Assembly (NCBI GenBank): GCA_031376455.1
Contig: JANMDU010000058.1
Span: forward strand, 45,388 to 109,387
Origin: Variovorax sp.
Lineage (GTDB): Bacteria; Pseudomonadota; Gammaproteobacteria; Burkholderiales; Burkholderiaceae_C
DNA length: 64,000 nucleotides
Reading direction: 5' to 3'
Positions 48,812 through 59,022 of this stretch are shown here, in pieces. How positions within the stretch are numbered: position 1 is the first letter of the stretch; each line of letters begins with the position of its first letter. The notes below the pieces were generated by a model. That model ran no database searches. It was given only the letters and a program-made list of their open reading frames with translations, and was not told the origin of the DNA. The position numbers and the translations under genes are program-made.

Positions 48812-48834
48812 TTTATGTTTGAGCACAATAAGCC

Positions 48835-49719
48835 TTGAATACCCGCCTAGTCCTTTATCTCGATCTGATTCGTTGGAATCGCCCGGCTGGCTGGCTGCTG
48901 CTGCTGTGGCCGACGCTCTCTGCTTTATGGATTGCAGCCGGCGGCTTCCCAGGATGGCATTTGATCATCGTGTTTACTTTAGGCACGATCCTTATGCGTA
49001 GCGCTGGCTGTTGTGTCAACGATGTTGCCGACGCAGATTTTGACAAGCATGTGAAGCGCACCGCTGGGCGACCTGTCACCAGTGGCAAAGTAAGCAAAAA
49101 AGAAGCGCTACTGCTTGGCGCTTGCCTATCTCTGCTGGCTTTCGGCTTCGTGCTCACCACGAATTTGCTCACGGTGCTGTATTCGTTTGCCGCGCTAGCG
49201 ATCACGCTCGCGTATCCCTTCGCCAAGCGCTTCGTTGCGATGCCGCAAGCCGTGCTCGGCGTCGCATTCAGCTTCGGGATTCCGATGGCCTTCGCTGCAG
49301 TATCGGGCGGCAACTCGCTAAACGAGTTGCAAGGCGGTGTATCCAAACTCGCTTGGATTTTGCTGCTTGGTAATCTCTTCTGGGTGCTTGCCTACGACAC
49401 GGAATACGCCATGGTGGATCGGGATGATGATCTGCGCATCGGCATGAAAACATCGGCCATCACGCTCGGGCGCTTTGATGTAGCCGCTATCATGCTTTTT
49501 TATGGTGTTTATATGCTTTTTTGGCTGATAGCCGGCATAGAATCTGCGCAAAATGCTATCAAATTAGTAGTATTGATCAGCATGAGTGGGCAAATCTTTT
49601 GGCATTGGCAGCTCATCCGCACGCGCTCGCGCGAGGGCTGTTTCAAAGCGTTTCGACTCAATCACTGGCTCGGTTTGACGCTGTTTATCGGCATCGTTGC
49701 AGCCAGCTTGGTCAAGTAA
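48835..49719 (+). CDS. ubiA: 4-hydroxybenzoate octaprenyltransferase
   Basis: [32 protein letters not shown]. Confidence 0.95.
   Translation: MNTRLVLYLDLIRWNRPAGWLLLLWPTLSALWIAAGGFPGWHLIIVFTLGTILMRSAGCCVNDVADADFDKHVKRTAGRPVTSGKVSKKEALLLGACLSLLAFGFVLTTNLLTVLYSFAALAITLAYPFAKRFVAMPQAVLGVAFSFGIPMAFAAVSGGNSLNELQGGVSKLAWILLLGNLFWVLAYDTEYAMVDRDDDLRIGMKTSAITLGRFDVAAIMLFYGVYMLFWLIAGIESAQNAIKLVVLISMSGQIFWHWQLIRTRSREGCFKAFRLNHWLGLTLFIGIVAASLVK
49504..49571 (+). repeat. Family-1 element, in-frame in ubiA
   Basis: ttttttggctgatagccggcatagaatctgcgcaaaatgctatcaaattagtagt. Confidence 0.82.
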
Positions 49720-49767
49720 CCGCCCAAAGAAGCGCCAAAAAACGCCAGGAGGCCCCGGTGACTTTAG

Positions 49768-50448
49768 CTAAACGTAGTAGGCCGTGCGTGTCATCAGCTT
49801 AGAGATCGCTCGCATCGCTTGCTTGGCGGGCTCGGGCAGTTCGACAGCTCCCGCCTCTTGCGCCTCATGTGCATGCGCTATTTCGTCTTGCTGCATCACG
49901 GCAAGCACGGCGCGCGAGGCATGATCCGCGCTTGGCAAGCCACCAACGGAGGGCGCAGCTAGGTGCGATTCCAAATGCGCCTCTACCTGCCGCTCTGTCT
50001 CCACCATAAAGCCCAGGCTGACGTGCTCGCCAAAGCGAGAGGCCAGCAGCCCCATTCCAAATGCGCCCGCATACCACAGCGGATTGAGCAGCGATGCCCG
50101 AGCGCCCAGCGCCTTCAAGCGTTCAGCCGTCCAAGCCAAATGATCGCCTTCCTCTTGCCCAGCCTTGATAAATTGTGCGCGGAGCGCTTCATCTTTAGTA
50201 GCAAGCGCCTGCCCCGCATACAAAGCCTGTGCGCAGACTTCGCCAACATGATTGATCCTCATCAGCGCCCCAGCATGCGCACGCTCCCGAGCATCCATCG
50301 CATCAGGCTGGCCGCTGGTGTCAAACGTATCCAGCACGATAGGCGCAGCGCGGTTAGCCACAGGCTCAGCGAGCAAGGTGCGCAACGCGCGGTCTGCCGT
50401 TTGGATCAAAGCATCTGGCCAATTTAAGCGCACGTCTGTTGGTTTCAT
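49768..50448 (-). CDS. coq7: Demethoxyubiquinone hydroxylase
   Basis: MRINHVGEVCAQALY, EE.DH, ETERQVE.HL, DE..H. Confidence 0.93.
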   Translation of the reverse strand: MKPTDVRLNWPDALIQTADRALRTLLAEPVANRAAPIVLDTFDTSGQPDAMDARERAHAGALMRINHVGEVCAQALYAGQALATKDEALRAQFIKAGQEEGDHLAWTAERLKALGARASLLNPLWYAGAFGMGLLASRFGEHVSLGFMVETERQVEAHLESHLAAPSVGGLPSADHASRAVLAVMQQDEIAHAHEAQEAGAVELPEPAKQAMRAISKLMTRTAYYV

Positions 50449-50804
50449 GTTTAAAATTGTCGCATTAGGGGATGTAAAAGGTTACGGATAGCGCACATAA
50501 CCACGCCAGAGCCTGCGCTTTCGCCACAATGCACGCGGCTTCGAACTAGGATGTTCCCTGATACAAAATTGAATAATAAAGTATTCATTTTCAATATCGC
50601 GTCGTAAACCTACCACAAGCTGTTGCCTGTGCGCAACGAGTAGGTCGTGTTCAGGGTAAAAATTGGCGTGTTTCTTTGCTTGGCTGCCGTCGTTCGTGTC
50701 CAATAGAGCCAACTTCCCGAAACGGAGGTTGGCCCGGGACTCTGGAAGTTTGCGATAAGCAAACTTGCAACCGAAGCCCTATGTTTAACCTTGGAGAATT
50801 CTCA

Positions 50805-51914
50805 ATGAAAAAGACTCTCGTAGCACTGGCAGCCTTTGCTGCAACAGCAGCTTTCGCGCAATCCAGCGTGACCATTTCCGGCGTCGCTGACGTTGGTATC
50901 ACCTATGACAGCACCGCAACTGGCGCCAACGGCACCGGCAATGGCGGCGGCGGCAAGCTGCAACTCGGTACAGGTAACAACAACCGTATTTTGTTCACTG
51001 GCGTGGAAGATTTGGGCGGCGGCATGGCCACCACCTTCGCATTCCAACTCCGTTTGGATCCAACCCGTGGCACTAACGAGCGCGGCGCGAACTCCACCGG
51101 CAACCAAACCAACGCTCCGTTTGTTGCACCAGCAACAAACGCAAACCAGTTCACATCACGTCCACTGTTCCAAGGCGAGACCACTGTTGGTCTGCGCGGC
51201 GGTTTCGGCCATCTGAAATTGGGTCGCTGGTTGACAGCGGTTCAGTTGCCTAACGGCGGCATGATAGATCCATGGGGCGTGACAACTGTTGGTGGCAACA
51301 TTTACGCTCGCGGCTTCGCATCCGACTACATCCAAGGCGGCGAAGGCCGTGTTGGTAATGCATTGTTCTACAGCTCACCTAACCTGTCTGGTTTCGGCGT
51401 GAATGCTTCCTACGGCTTTGACAAAGGCCCGTCAGGCAAGCAACACCAAGCTATTGCTGGTACATATAACAACGGCCCAATCCAAGCAATGCTTGGTATG
51501 GAGCGTAACCGTTTCGGCGACAAGCTGACGCAGTTGGGCGGTAACTACAACCTCGGCGTTGCTCGTGTCTATTTGGGTTATGGCAAGATCGATGGCGGAA
51601 CAGCTGCTGACCGTTTAGGCGCAGCCTATCTCTCCACCGCTTCTGGCCCACAAGTCGCTGCTGATGGTTCTATCAAGAACCTCTCCTTGGGCGTGAACGT
51701 GCCAGTTGGTGCTGCTACTGTCCGCGCTGGTTTCAGCCGCTGGAATGGTACAGGCGCTGCTGGTCAATTGAAAGAGAACAAGTTTGGTTTGGGCGTGAAC
51801 TACGCATTGTCCAAGCGTACCTTCATCTATTCTGATGTCGCAAGCACCTCACGCAAAAACGCTGCTCTCAGCGCTCAGCGTCAGTTCGACTTGGGTATCG
51901 GTCACTCCTTCTAA
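50805..51914 (+). CDS. Gram-negative trimeric porin
   Basis: MKKTLVALAA signal, SSVTISG, EDLGGG, YALSKRT, terminal F. Confidence 0.93.
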   Translation: MKKTLVALAAFAATAAFAQSSVTISGVADVGITYDSTATGANGTGNGGGGKLQLGTGNNNRILFTGVEDLGGGMATTFAFQLRLDPTRGTNERGANSTGNQTNAPFVAPATNANQFTSRPLFQGETTVGLRGGFGHLKLGRWLTAVQLPNGGMIDPWGVTTVGGNIYARGFASDYIQGGEGRVGNALFYSSPNLSGFGVNASYGFDKGPSGKQHQAIAGTYNNGPIQAMLGMERNRFGDKLTQLGGNYNLGVARVYLGYGKIDGGTAADRLGAAYLSTASGPQVAADGSIKNLSLGVNVPVGAATVRAGFSRWNGTGAAGQLKENKFGLGVNYALSKRTFIYSDVASTSRKNAALSAQRQFDLGIGHSF

Positions 51915-51956
51915 TTTGATGCGGATCTAGCATCCGTTGAAAATTAAACAGGCTTA

Positions 51957-51988
51957 AAGCCATTCAGAGAAATCTGAGTGGCTTTTTT
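51957..51988 (+). terminator. Rho-independent terminator
   Basis: AAAGCCATTCAGA-gaaa-TCTGAGTGGCTTTTTT after the porin. Confidence 0.8.
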
Positions 51989-52146
51989 ATTTTTAAGTCA
52001 CAACGCAGAACTGCGCGCGAGACGAATCGGCTGTGCTTTCGTTGAAAGCAACCCAAATCGGGGTAAATCCTCGAACATCTGGCGCGATATTTGCTGCATC
52101 ATTCAGTGTCTCGAATAAAGCCCGCTTCGGGCGCGAAAGTAAGCTC

Positions 52147-53748
52147 ATGAACCTTAAACTATCTCTCATTTCGACGAGCATCGCAGCTAGTGTGATGCTG
52201 TCTGGCATGGTCAATTCGGCTGTAGCCAAAACCTTCAAATGGACAAGCGCGAGCGATATTCCGACGCTGGATATTCATTCACAGAATAACGCGTTGGCCA
52301 ATGGCGTGCATGCGGCTATTTATGAATCGTTGGTGTACTACAACAGCAAGACGTTTCAACCCGAGCCGATTTTGGCGACGGCTTGGAAACTGGTCAATCC
52401 TAAGCAAATGCGCATCACGCTGCGCCAAGGCGTTAAATTTGCGGATGGCAGCGCATTTACTGTAGACGATGCGGTGTTTTCTTTGCAGCGTGCGATGGCC
52501 AAATCGTCTAACTTTGGTCCTTACGTTTCTGGCTTTGATCGCATAGAAAAAGTTGACGGCACAACGCTCGATATTCACCTCAAAGGCCCCAATCCAGTGT
52601 TGATCAACCAACTCACCGAGTTGCGCATGATGAGCAAAGCTTGGGCGGAAAAAAATAAATCGGTCGATCCCAAAGACATCCGCACCAAAGATGAGAGCTT
52701 CGCGCACCGCAATGCGATGGGCACTGGTCCTTATATGGTCAAAGAGTGGATGCCCGATCAGAAACTGGTGATGGTAAAAAATCCCAACTGGTGGGGTTGG
52801 AATGCGAAGACAACGACAACCAACGTGACCGAGATTGTCTACACCCCCATCAAATCCGAAGCCACGCGAGGCGCAGCTTTGCTCTCCGGCGAGGTGGATT
52901 TTTCGCTCGATCCCAGCCCGCAAGATTTGCCTCGGCTGCGCGAAGCATCATCTTTGAAGGTGGTGGACGGGGCAGAGGCCCGCACGATTTTCTTAGGGAT
53001 GGATCAATTCCGCGCTGAGCTGCCTGGCTCTAACGTGAAGGGCAAAAACCCTCTCAAGGATGTGCGTGTGCGCAAAGCGCTTTACCAAGCCATCGACATC
53101 AATGCGATTCATAAAGTGACGATGCGCAACATGGCCGCGCCCACAGGCACCATGATTGCATCTCAGGTGAACGGCTGGACAAAAGCCCTTGACGCGAGAC
53201 ATCCGTTCAATATTGATGCTGCTAAGAAACTGCTGGAAGAGGCGGGCTACAAAGACGGCTTTGAAGTGGATTTTGCCTGCCCAAACAACCGCTACATCAA
53301 CGACGAGAGAATCTGCCAAGCCGTTACAGTGATGTGGTCAAAGATTGGCGTGAACGCTAAGCTGCGGACACAGCCTTTGGTAACGTACTTCCCGATGATT
53401 CAGCGCTATGAGGCCAGCATTTATATGCTTGGCTGGGGTGTGCCTACCTTTGATGCGCTTTACAGCTTGCAATCTTTGCACCGCACGGTGGGCGTGGGCG
53501 GCGATGGCAACTACAACGTGGGGCGTTATTCCAACCCCCAGATGGATGGCTTGATCGAGCGTATCAAGGTCGAGACAGAGCCAACATTGCGGCGTGATCT
53601 GATTGGCAAAGCTTTGAAGCTATCTCACGAAGATGTAGCCTACCTTCCTCTTCACAACCAAATCATCCCTTGGGCGATGAAGAAGAATATTGATGTGGTG
53701 CATCGTGCAGACAACCGCATCGATTGGCGCTTGGTCAAGGTTAACTGA
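52147..53748 (+). CDS. Family 5 (peptide/nickel) ABC substrate-binding protein, standalone
   Basis: LRQGVKFADG, GTGPY, VRKALYQAID. Confidence 0.92.
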   Translation: MNLKLSLISTSIAASVMLSGMVNSAVAKTFKWTSASDIPTLDIHSQNNALANGVHAAIYESLVYYNSKTFQPEPILATAWKLVNPKQMRITLRQGVKFADGSAFTVDDAVFSLQRAMAKSSNFGPYVSGFDRIEKVDGTTLDIHLKGPNPVLINQLTELRMMSKAWAEKNKSVDPKDIRTKDESFAHRNAMGTGPYMVKEWMPDQKLVMVKNPNWWGWNAKTTTTNVTEIVYTPIKSEATRGAALLSGEVDFSLDPSPQDLPRLREASSLKVVDGAEARTIFLGMDQFRAELPGSNVKGKNPLKDVRVRKALYQAIDINAIHKVTMRNMAAPTGTMIASQVNGWTKALDARHPFNIDAAKKLLEEAGYKDGFEVDFACPNNRYINDERICQAVTVMWSKIGVNAKLRTQPLVTYFPMIQRYEASIYMLGWGVPTFDALYSLQSLHRTVGVGGDGNYNVGRYSNPQMDGLIERIKVETEPTLRRDLIGKALKLSHEDVAYLPLHNQIIPWAMKKNIDVVHRADNRIDWRLVKVN

Positions 53749-53771
53749 TTCGCGTTGATTTGTTGTCTCCC

Positions 53772-53805
53772 AAAAGCCCGCTTGATTCGTCAAACGGGCT
53801 TTTTT
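53772..53805 (+). terminator. Rho-independent terminator
   Basis: AAAAGCCCG..TTGA-ttcg-TCAA..CGGGCTTTTTT. Confidence 0.78.
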
Positions 53806-53841
53806 CATGGCGTTTGTGGACGGCTCAAATGCACAAGCATC

Positions 53842-53856
53842 GTAAAGCTCTGTAAA
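53842..53856 (+). promoter_or_regulatory. CpxR/OmpR-family-type direct repeat
   Basis: GTAAA-GCTCT-GTAAA upstream of DUF1800. Confidence 0.45.
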
Positions 53857-53910
53857 CCTTGCCAACGATGTTGCGCAATCAGGCGTTGAGTTGATCACAG
53901 GAGTATCGCG

Positions 53911-55434
53911 ATGAAAACAACATGGATAGCGGCCTGCCAGCAGGTTGGCAGCACCGCTTTACTCAGCATCTGCGCGGCCAGTAGCTTTGCGCAGGCATTG
54001 CCAGACACCAGCCCTGCGGCCATTTGGCGAGCCACCTCTCGCCTGGGGTATGGCCCCACGCCCGCGCTCGTGCAATCCGCGCAGGCCGGCAGCAAAGCAT
54101 GGAGCTTGGCACAACTCGACGCCGCCCGCGCAAGCAGCCAACGCGCAGCCTTTGTGCCTCCTGTTTTACAGGTGCTTGCAGCCAGCCAGCAGCAAGTCAG
54201 TGCGCGTTATCATGAAGAACGTGAAACACGCAGAGACACTCGCACAGCTCTGGACAATCGTGCGGCCTTGCAAAAGGCAACCTCTCCGATTCAAGCGGGA
54301 GTGGCGATGAATTCAAGTGATGCATCCACCATATCACTCGCTGCACCCAGTTTAGGCAACGATCCGACAAACTACTCGCGCGACATTCAGCTTGCCGCCG
54401 GCGCTTGGCGCTTAGCTTCTTGCAGCAATCCCGAGATGGAAAATCCGCTGCTCTCGCGCATGACGGAATTTTGGTTCAACCATTTCAATGTGTTTGTAGG
54501 TAAAGGGACGGTTCGACCCTATGTCGGCAATTATTTGCTGACTGCGATTCGCCCGCATGCTTTGGGCAAGTTTGAAGATTTGCTGCTAGCTACCGCGCAG
54601 CATCCAGCGATGCTGATGTATCTCGATCAAGCGCAGAGCTCAGTGCGCGGCTTGAACGAGAACTATGCGCGTGAACTGATGGAGCTGCATACTTTGGGTG
54701 TTAACGGCGGCTACACGCAGGCCGATGTGCGCGAGCTCGCTCGCATCCTCACCGGGTGGAGCGTGGACATACAAAATGGCCAAGGCTTTGTGTTTCGCCC
54801 GCGCGCGCATGAAGAAGGCGCTAAGACGGTGATGGGGCGCACATTCAACGAAAGCGGGCAAGCACAAGGCATCGCGGCGATTAAGTTTTTAGCATCACAT
54901 CCAGCAACCGCGCAGCGTATCGCTGCGCGGTTAGCTACGTTTTTTGTAGCAGATAAGCCCGACAAGGCATTCACAGACCGCCTCGCCCGCACCTTCACGC
55001 AAACCGGTGGCGATCTCCATGCGGTCATGAAAAGTTTGATCGAATCGCCAGAGTTTTGGGAGAGCGGCAACACGCTTTTCAAGACACCGATGGATTTTGC
55101 TTGCTCCTGTCTTGCCGCTGCGGGCGCAGTGAAAGAGGATTCAAGCCGCAATCAAAATCTGCGCCAAGCCACAGGATTTTTGGCACTTGCTGGCCAGCCG
55201 CTGCATGGCTGGCAAACGCCGGATGGCTACAAGACAGATGCGACCACTTGGCTCGCCCCCGAAGCGCTCACGCGCCGCGCCGATTACGCTTTCGGTATCG
55301 CAGGCCGCGTTGACGAGCCTACGTTTTTGCAAAACTTTTATAGCAACGCAACACGAGAGCGCATTGCAAAAGAAACCGCCATCAACATGCGCATCGGTCT
55401 GCTGCTAGCCGCACCAGAATTCATGAGCAAATGA
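53911..55434 (+). CDS. DUF1800 family protein, exported
   Basis: FWFNHF, NENYARELMELHTLG, ILTGW. Confidence 0.92.
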   Translation: MKTTWIAACQQVGSTALLSICAASSFAQALPDTSPAAIWRATSRLGYGPTPALVQSAQAGSKAWSLAQLDAARASSQRAAFVPPVLQVLAASQQQVSARYHEERETRRDTRTALDNRAALQKATSPIQAGVAMNSSDASTISLAAPSLGNDPTNYSRDIQLAAGAWRLASCSNPEMENPLLSRMTEFWFNHFNVFVGKGTVRPYVGNYLLTAIRPHALGKFEDLLLATAQHPAMLMYLDQAQSSVRGLNENYARELMELHTLGVNGGYTQADVRELARILTGWSVDIQNGQGFVFRPRAHEEGAKTVMGRTFNESGQAQGIAAIKFLASHPATAQRIAARLATFFVADKPDKAFTDRLARTFTQTGGDLHAVMKSLIESPEFWESGNTLFKTPMDFACSCLAAAGAVKEDSSRNQNLRQATGFLALAGQPLHGWQTPDGYKTDATTWLAPEALTRRADYAFGIAGRVDEPTFLQNFYSNATRERIAKETAINMRIGLLLAAPEFMSK

Positions 55435-55444
55435 GGAGACACAA

Positions 55445-56830
55445 ATGACAAGCTTTCATTCGCTAGGCCATTCACCACTCAATCGCCGCAGCTTGATCGC
55501 GCAAGCCATGGCGCTTGGCGCAAGCGGCTTGATGAGTGGGCAAGTGTTGGCCCAGCGCGCACCGAGCGGCTCGCCAGCAGGCGCGTTGAATCAAGGCCGG
55601 ATGGTGGTTGTCTTCCTGCGCGGCGCGTATGACGGGCTCTCAGCGCTTGTGCCCTATGCGGATAAAAATTACTACGCCATGCGTCCGAATATCGCCATCG
55701 CCGCGCCCGATGGCTCGCGCGAGACGGCGCTCAGACTCGATGATCGTTTTGCCATGCATCCCGCACTCTCGCCCCTCATGCCGCTGTGGAATGAGGGCTC
55801 ACTCGGCGTGATTGCCAGCGCTGGCTTGGCTACGCCGAATCGCTCGCATTTTGATGCGCAGTATTTGATGGAGATTGGTTTGCAAGAGAAGAGCAGCACG
55901 CCGATGGGCTGGCTCAACAAGCTCTCAGCCAGCAGCGCAGGCTCAGCACTTGGCGTGGGCGAGGCCAATCCGGCGATTCTCTCAGGCCAAGCCGCTGTCA
56001 AGCTGATCCCGCGTGGGGATGCCGCTGCGCGCACCGGCGTGTTGGCCAACGAGAAACAACGCAGCGCCTTGATGGATTTGTATGCGGGCAATGACACGGT
56101 CAGCGAAGCATTTCGCCAAGGCGCGGGCAGCCGTATGCAGACCTCGCAAGAGCTCATCAATGAGCGCAATATGCGCACCGCGAATGCCAACGCCAATGCG
56201 GAAATAGACGGGATGGCCAATACAAACAATCGGCGCATGCTTGACAAACATGGCACGCCGCAAACCACTGCGGCACAAGCGGCACAAATGCAAGCTGCCA
56301 GCAATGGCGCGGCAGACCCTGTCGGCCTCGCTCTTGATGCTCAACACCTCGCCACGCTTATGCGCAACGATCCCAAACTGCGCCTTGGCTTCCTATCCGC
56401 CGGCGGCTGGGATACGCATGCCAATCAGGGCAATGCGGTGGGTGGCTTGGCCAATAATTTAGGCAATCTCGCACGCGGTCTGGCGCAATTGCGTAGCGAA
56501 TTCGATCAAAGTGGCGATCTCATCATCGTCATGAGCGAATTTGGCCGCACGAGCGCAGAAAACGGCACAAAGGGCACCGATCACGGCTTTGGCAACGCGC
56601 TCTGGCTGATCGGCAACCGTGTGCAAGGCGGCAAAGTGCATGGACTGTGGACGGGGCTTGCTCGTGGCAACTTAAACGACAACCGCGATCTGCCTGCACA
56701 TCACGATTACCGCGCCGTACTCGCGCAGGCTCTGCGCAGCACGTTTGCATTGCCTGATTCCCAGTTGCAAACGCTGCTGCCCGGTAGCAATTGGGATCAG
56801 CGCCTAGATGGATTATTTCGTAAAACTTAA
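55445..56830 (+). CDS. DUF1501 family protein, Tat-like leader
   Basis: NRRSLI leader; FLRGAYDGL, SHFDAQ, GGWDTH, SEFGRT, GTDHG. Confidence 0.92.
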   Translation: MTSFHSLGHSPLNRRSLIAQAMALGASGLMSGQVLAQRAPSGSPAGALNQGRMVVVFLRGAYDGLSALVPYADKNYYAMRPNIAIAAPDGSRETALRLDDRFAMHPALSPLMPLWNEGSLGVIASAGLATPNRSHFDAQYLMEIGLQEKSSTPMGWLNKLSASSAGSALGVGEANPAILSGQAAVKLIPRGDAAARTGVLANEKQRSALMDLYAGNDTVSEAFRQGAGSRMQTSQELINERNMRTANANANAEIDGMANTNNRRMLDKHGTPQTTAAQAAQMQAASNGAADPVGLALDAQHLATLMRNDPKLRLGFLSAGGWDTHANQGNAVGGLANNLGNLARGLAQLRSEFDQSGDLIIVMSEFGRTSAENGTKGTDHGFGNALWLIGNRVQGGKVHGLWTGLARGNLNDNRDLPAHHDYRAVLAQALRSTFALPDSQLQTLLPGSNWDQRLDGLFRKT

Positions 56831-56888
56831 AGCGTTTTTGGCAGTTCGCCGGCGTATTTATTGCGTAAAGTGCTATTCTTTTTGCAGT
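56821..56888 (+). repeat. Family-1 element; left end overlaps the DUF1501 stop
   Basis: tttttggcagttcgccggcgtatttattgcgtaaagtgctattctttttgcagt. Confidence 0.88.
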
Positions 56889-57015
56889 AACCTGTAGACT
56901 TCTATTTGCGTCGCAGCGTCTGAATACGACCGCCACAGACCACAGGCCTGCAAATGCGGCGAGGAGCAGCAGACTGTCCCCGCCTTGATAGCATAGTCAA
57001 GCGATTGTTGAAACA

Positions 57016-57699
57016 ATGCAAAGCATGTCTACTCTCTACCTCGTGCGCCACGGCCAAGCCAGTTTTGGTGCGGCTGATTATGACAATTTGAGCGATCTCG
57101 GCGCGCAACAATCCGCTGTGCTTGGTCTGTATCTCAAAGCAAAGAATATTTCTTTTGATGCCGCTTACATCGGCACGCTTCGCCGACATGCACAGACGTA
57201 CGCGGGAATTGCACAAGGCTTGGGATTGAGCGAGCAAGCGCGCGCTAGGCCTGGACTTAACGAATACGACAGCAATGCCGTCGTGCAGGCCATTCATCCC
57301 GAACCTTTATCGCAAGAGAATTCACCAGAGAACTATCGCAAACATTTCCGCTTGCTGCGCGATGGGCTGTCTGCTTGGATGGCGGGCACAGCATCGCCGC
57401 TTGGCATGCCGGCGTATCCCGATTTCGTCAAAGGCATCACCGATGTGCTCGATGAAGTGCGCGCGGAGTTTGGTGCCAAAGAGGATGCGCGCATTTTGAT
57501 TTGCTCCAGCGGCGGCCCGATCAGCACAGCCGTGGGCCACGTCTTAGGCACATCGCCTCAAGCCACGATTGAGCTCAATCTACGCATTCGCAACAGCAGC
57601 GTCACTGAATTCGCGTTTACGCCGAAGCGCCATATGCTGGTGACTTACAACACCTTGCCGCATCTTGAGGACAAGCCTGATTGGGTCACATACGCCTGA
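57016..57699 (+). CDS. Histidine phosphatase family protein
   Basis: LVRHGQ motif. Confidence 0.9.
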   Translation: MQSMSTLYLVRHGQASFGAADYDNLSDLGAQQSAVLGLYLKAKNISFDAAYIGTLRRHAQTYAGIAQGLGLSEQARARPGLNEYDSNAVVQAIHPEPLSQENSPENYRKHFRLLRDGLSAWMAGTASPLGMPAYPDFVKGITDVLDEVRAEFGAKEDARILICSSGGPISTAVGHVLGTSPQATIELNLRIRNSSVTEFAFTPKRHMLVTYNTLPHLEDKPDWVTYA

Positions 57700-57755
57700 G
57701 CAATTAGCGCTCAGTCTGCACCGGTGCTGTACGGTTTGTCACACTAGCCACGCAT

Positions 57756-57773
57756 TTGTCATATAAATTTCAT
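57756..57773 (+). promoter_or_regulatory. Candidate Pho box
   Basis: TTGTCAT-ATAA-ATTTCAT upstream of GDPD. Confidence 0.5.
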
Positions 57774-57818
57774 CGTTATGTCGTATGGTTCATAGATCTT
57801 TATTTTGGTAGAAGACAC

Positions 57819-59003
57819 ATGACAACCCATTCTGCAATGAAAAATATTTTGATCGGCCTCGTGGCGATTTCTTTGCTGGCAGCTTGCGCCAGCAAACCCA
57901 GCCCCGCACCCGGCCAGTACCCCACACTGAACGGCCAAGCGCCCTTGGTGATCGGTCATCGCGGGGCGAGCGGTTATTTGCCTGAGCACACGCTAGAGGC
58001 TTACAAACTCGCTATTGAACAAGGCGCAGATTTCATCGAGCCAGATTTGGTGGCCACGCGCGATGGTATTTTGATTGCACGCCACGAGCCCAACATCACC
58101 AACACCACCGATGTTTCCACACGCCCTGAGTTTGCTGCACGTAAAAACAAGCGCAAGGTAGATGGTGCAGATGAGGAGGGTTGGTTTGCGTCCGACTTTA
58201 CACTGGCAGAAATCAAAACTTTACGCGCGAAACAACCCGTTGCTGAGCGCGATCAAAGCCACAACGGCAAATTCAGCATCCCCACATTGGACGAGATCAT
58301 TGCTCTGACCAAAGAGCAAAGCGCCAAAACGGGTCGACAAATTGGCATCTATCCTGAGACCAAACACCCCACCTATCACAACGATCTCAAGCTCAACTTA
58401 GAAGATCGTTTGCTAGAAATTCTGGCCAAACATAGCTACACGCAGAAATCTTCTCCTGTGATCATTCAATCCTTTGAAGTGGCAAATTTGAAGTATTTGC
58501 GCAGCAAAACGCAGGTGCGCTTGGCGCAATTGATTGATGCGGATGATGTTAAGCCCGATGGCAGTATGGATTTGGCCGCACCTTTCGACAAGCCTTATGA
58601 CTTTGCAGTGCTTAAAGATCCGCGCACCTTTGCTAGCCTGCTCACACCTGCGGGCCTGGCCGAGATCAAAACCTATGCGGATGGCATTGGCCCTTGGAAG
58701 CCGTATTTAATGTCTGCACGGCAGGTGGATCGCAATGCTGACGGGAAAATGGATGATCTGAATGGCGATGGCAAGATGGATGAGCGTGATCGCGTATTGA
58801 TGCAGCCCAGCGCCGTGGTGCGCGATGCGCATGCTGCTGGATTGTTTGTACATGCATTCACTTTCCGTAACGAGCCTCGCCGCCTTGCGTCTGACTATGC
58901 CGGTGATCCGAAGGCGGAATATGAAATGTTTTACAAGCTCGGTGTGGACGGTGTGTTTAGCGATTTTCCGGACACTGCAGTGGCAGCTCGCAAGGCACGT
59001 TGA
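57819..59003 (+). CDS. Glycerophosphodiester phosphodiesterase, lipoprotein
   Basis: Lipobox LAAC; [25 protein letters not shown]. Confidence 0.93.
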   Translation: MTTHSAMKNILIGLVAISLLAACASKPSPAPGQYPTLNGQAPLVIGHRGASGYLPEHTLEAYKLAIEQGADFIEPDLVATRDGILIARHEPNITNTTDVSTRPEFAARKNKRKVDGADEEGWFASDFTLAEIKTLRAKQPVAERDQSHNGKFSIPTLDEIIALTKEQSAKTGRQIGIYPETKHPTYHNDLKLNLEDRLLEILAKHSYTQKSSPVIIQSFEVANLKYLRSKTQVRLAQLIDADDVKPDGSMDLAAPFDKPYDFAVLKDPRTFASLLTPAGLAEIKTYADGIGPWKPYLMSARQVDRNADGKMDDLNGDGKMDERDRVLMQPSAVVRDAHAAGLFVHAFTFRNEPRRLASDYAGDPKAEYEMFYKLGVDGVFSDFPDTAVAARKAR

Positions 59004-59022
59004 TGCTATCGCCGGCGTGTGG

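Noticed and set aside
56900-56990. GC-rich segment after the family-1 copy, possibly another REP-like element
   Set aside because: No clear stem and no second copy in the window.
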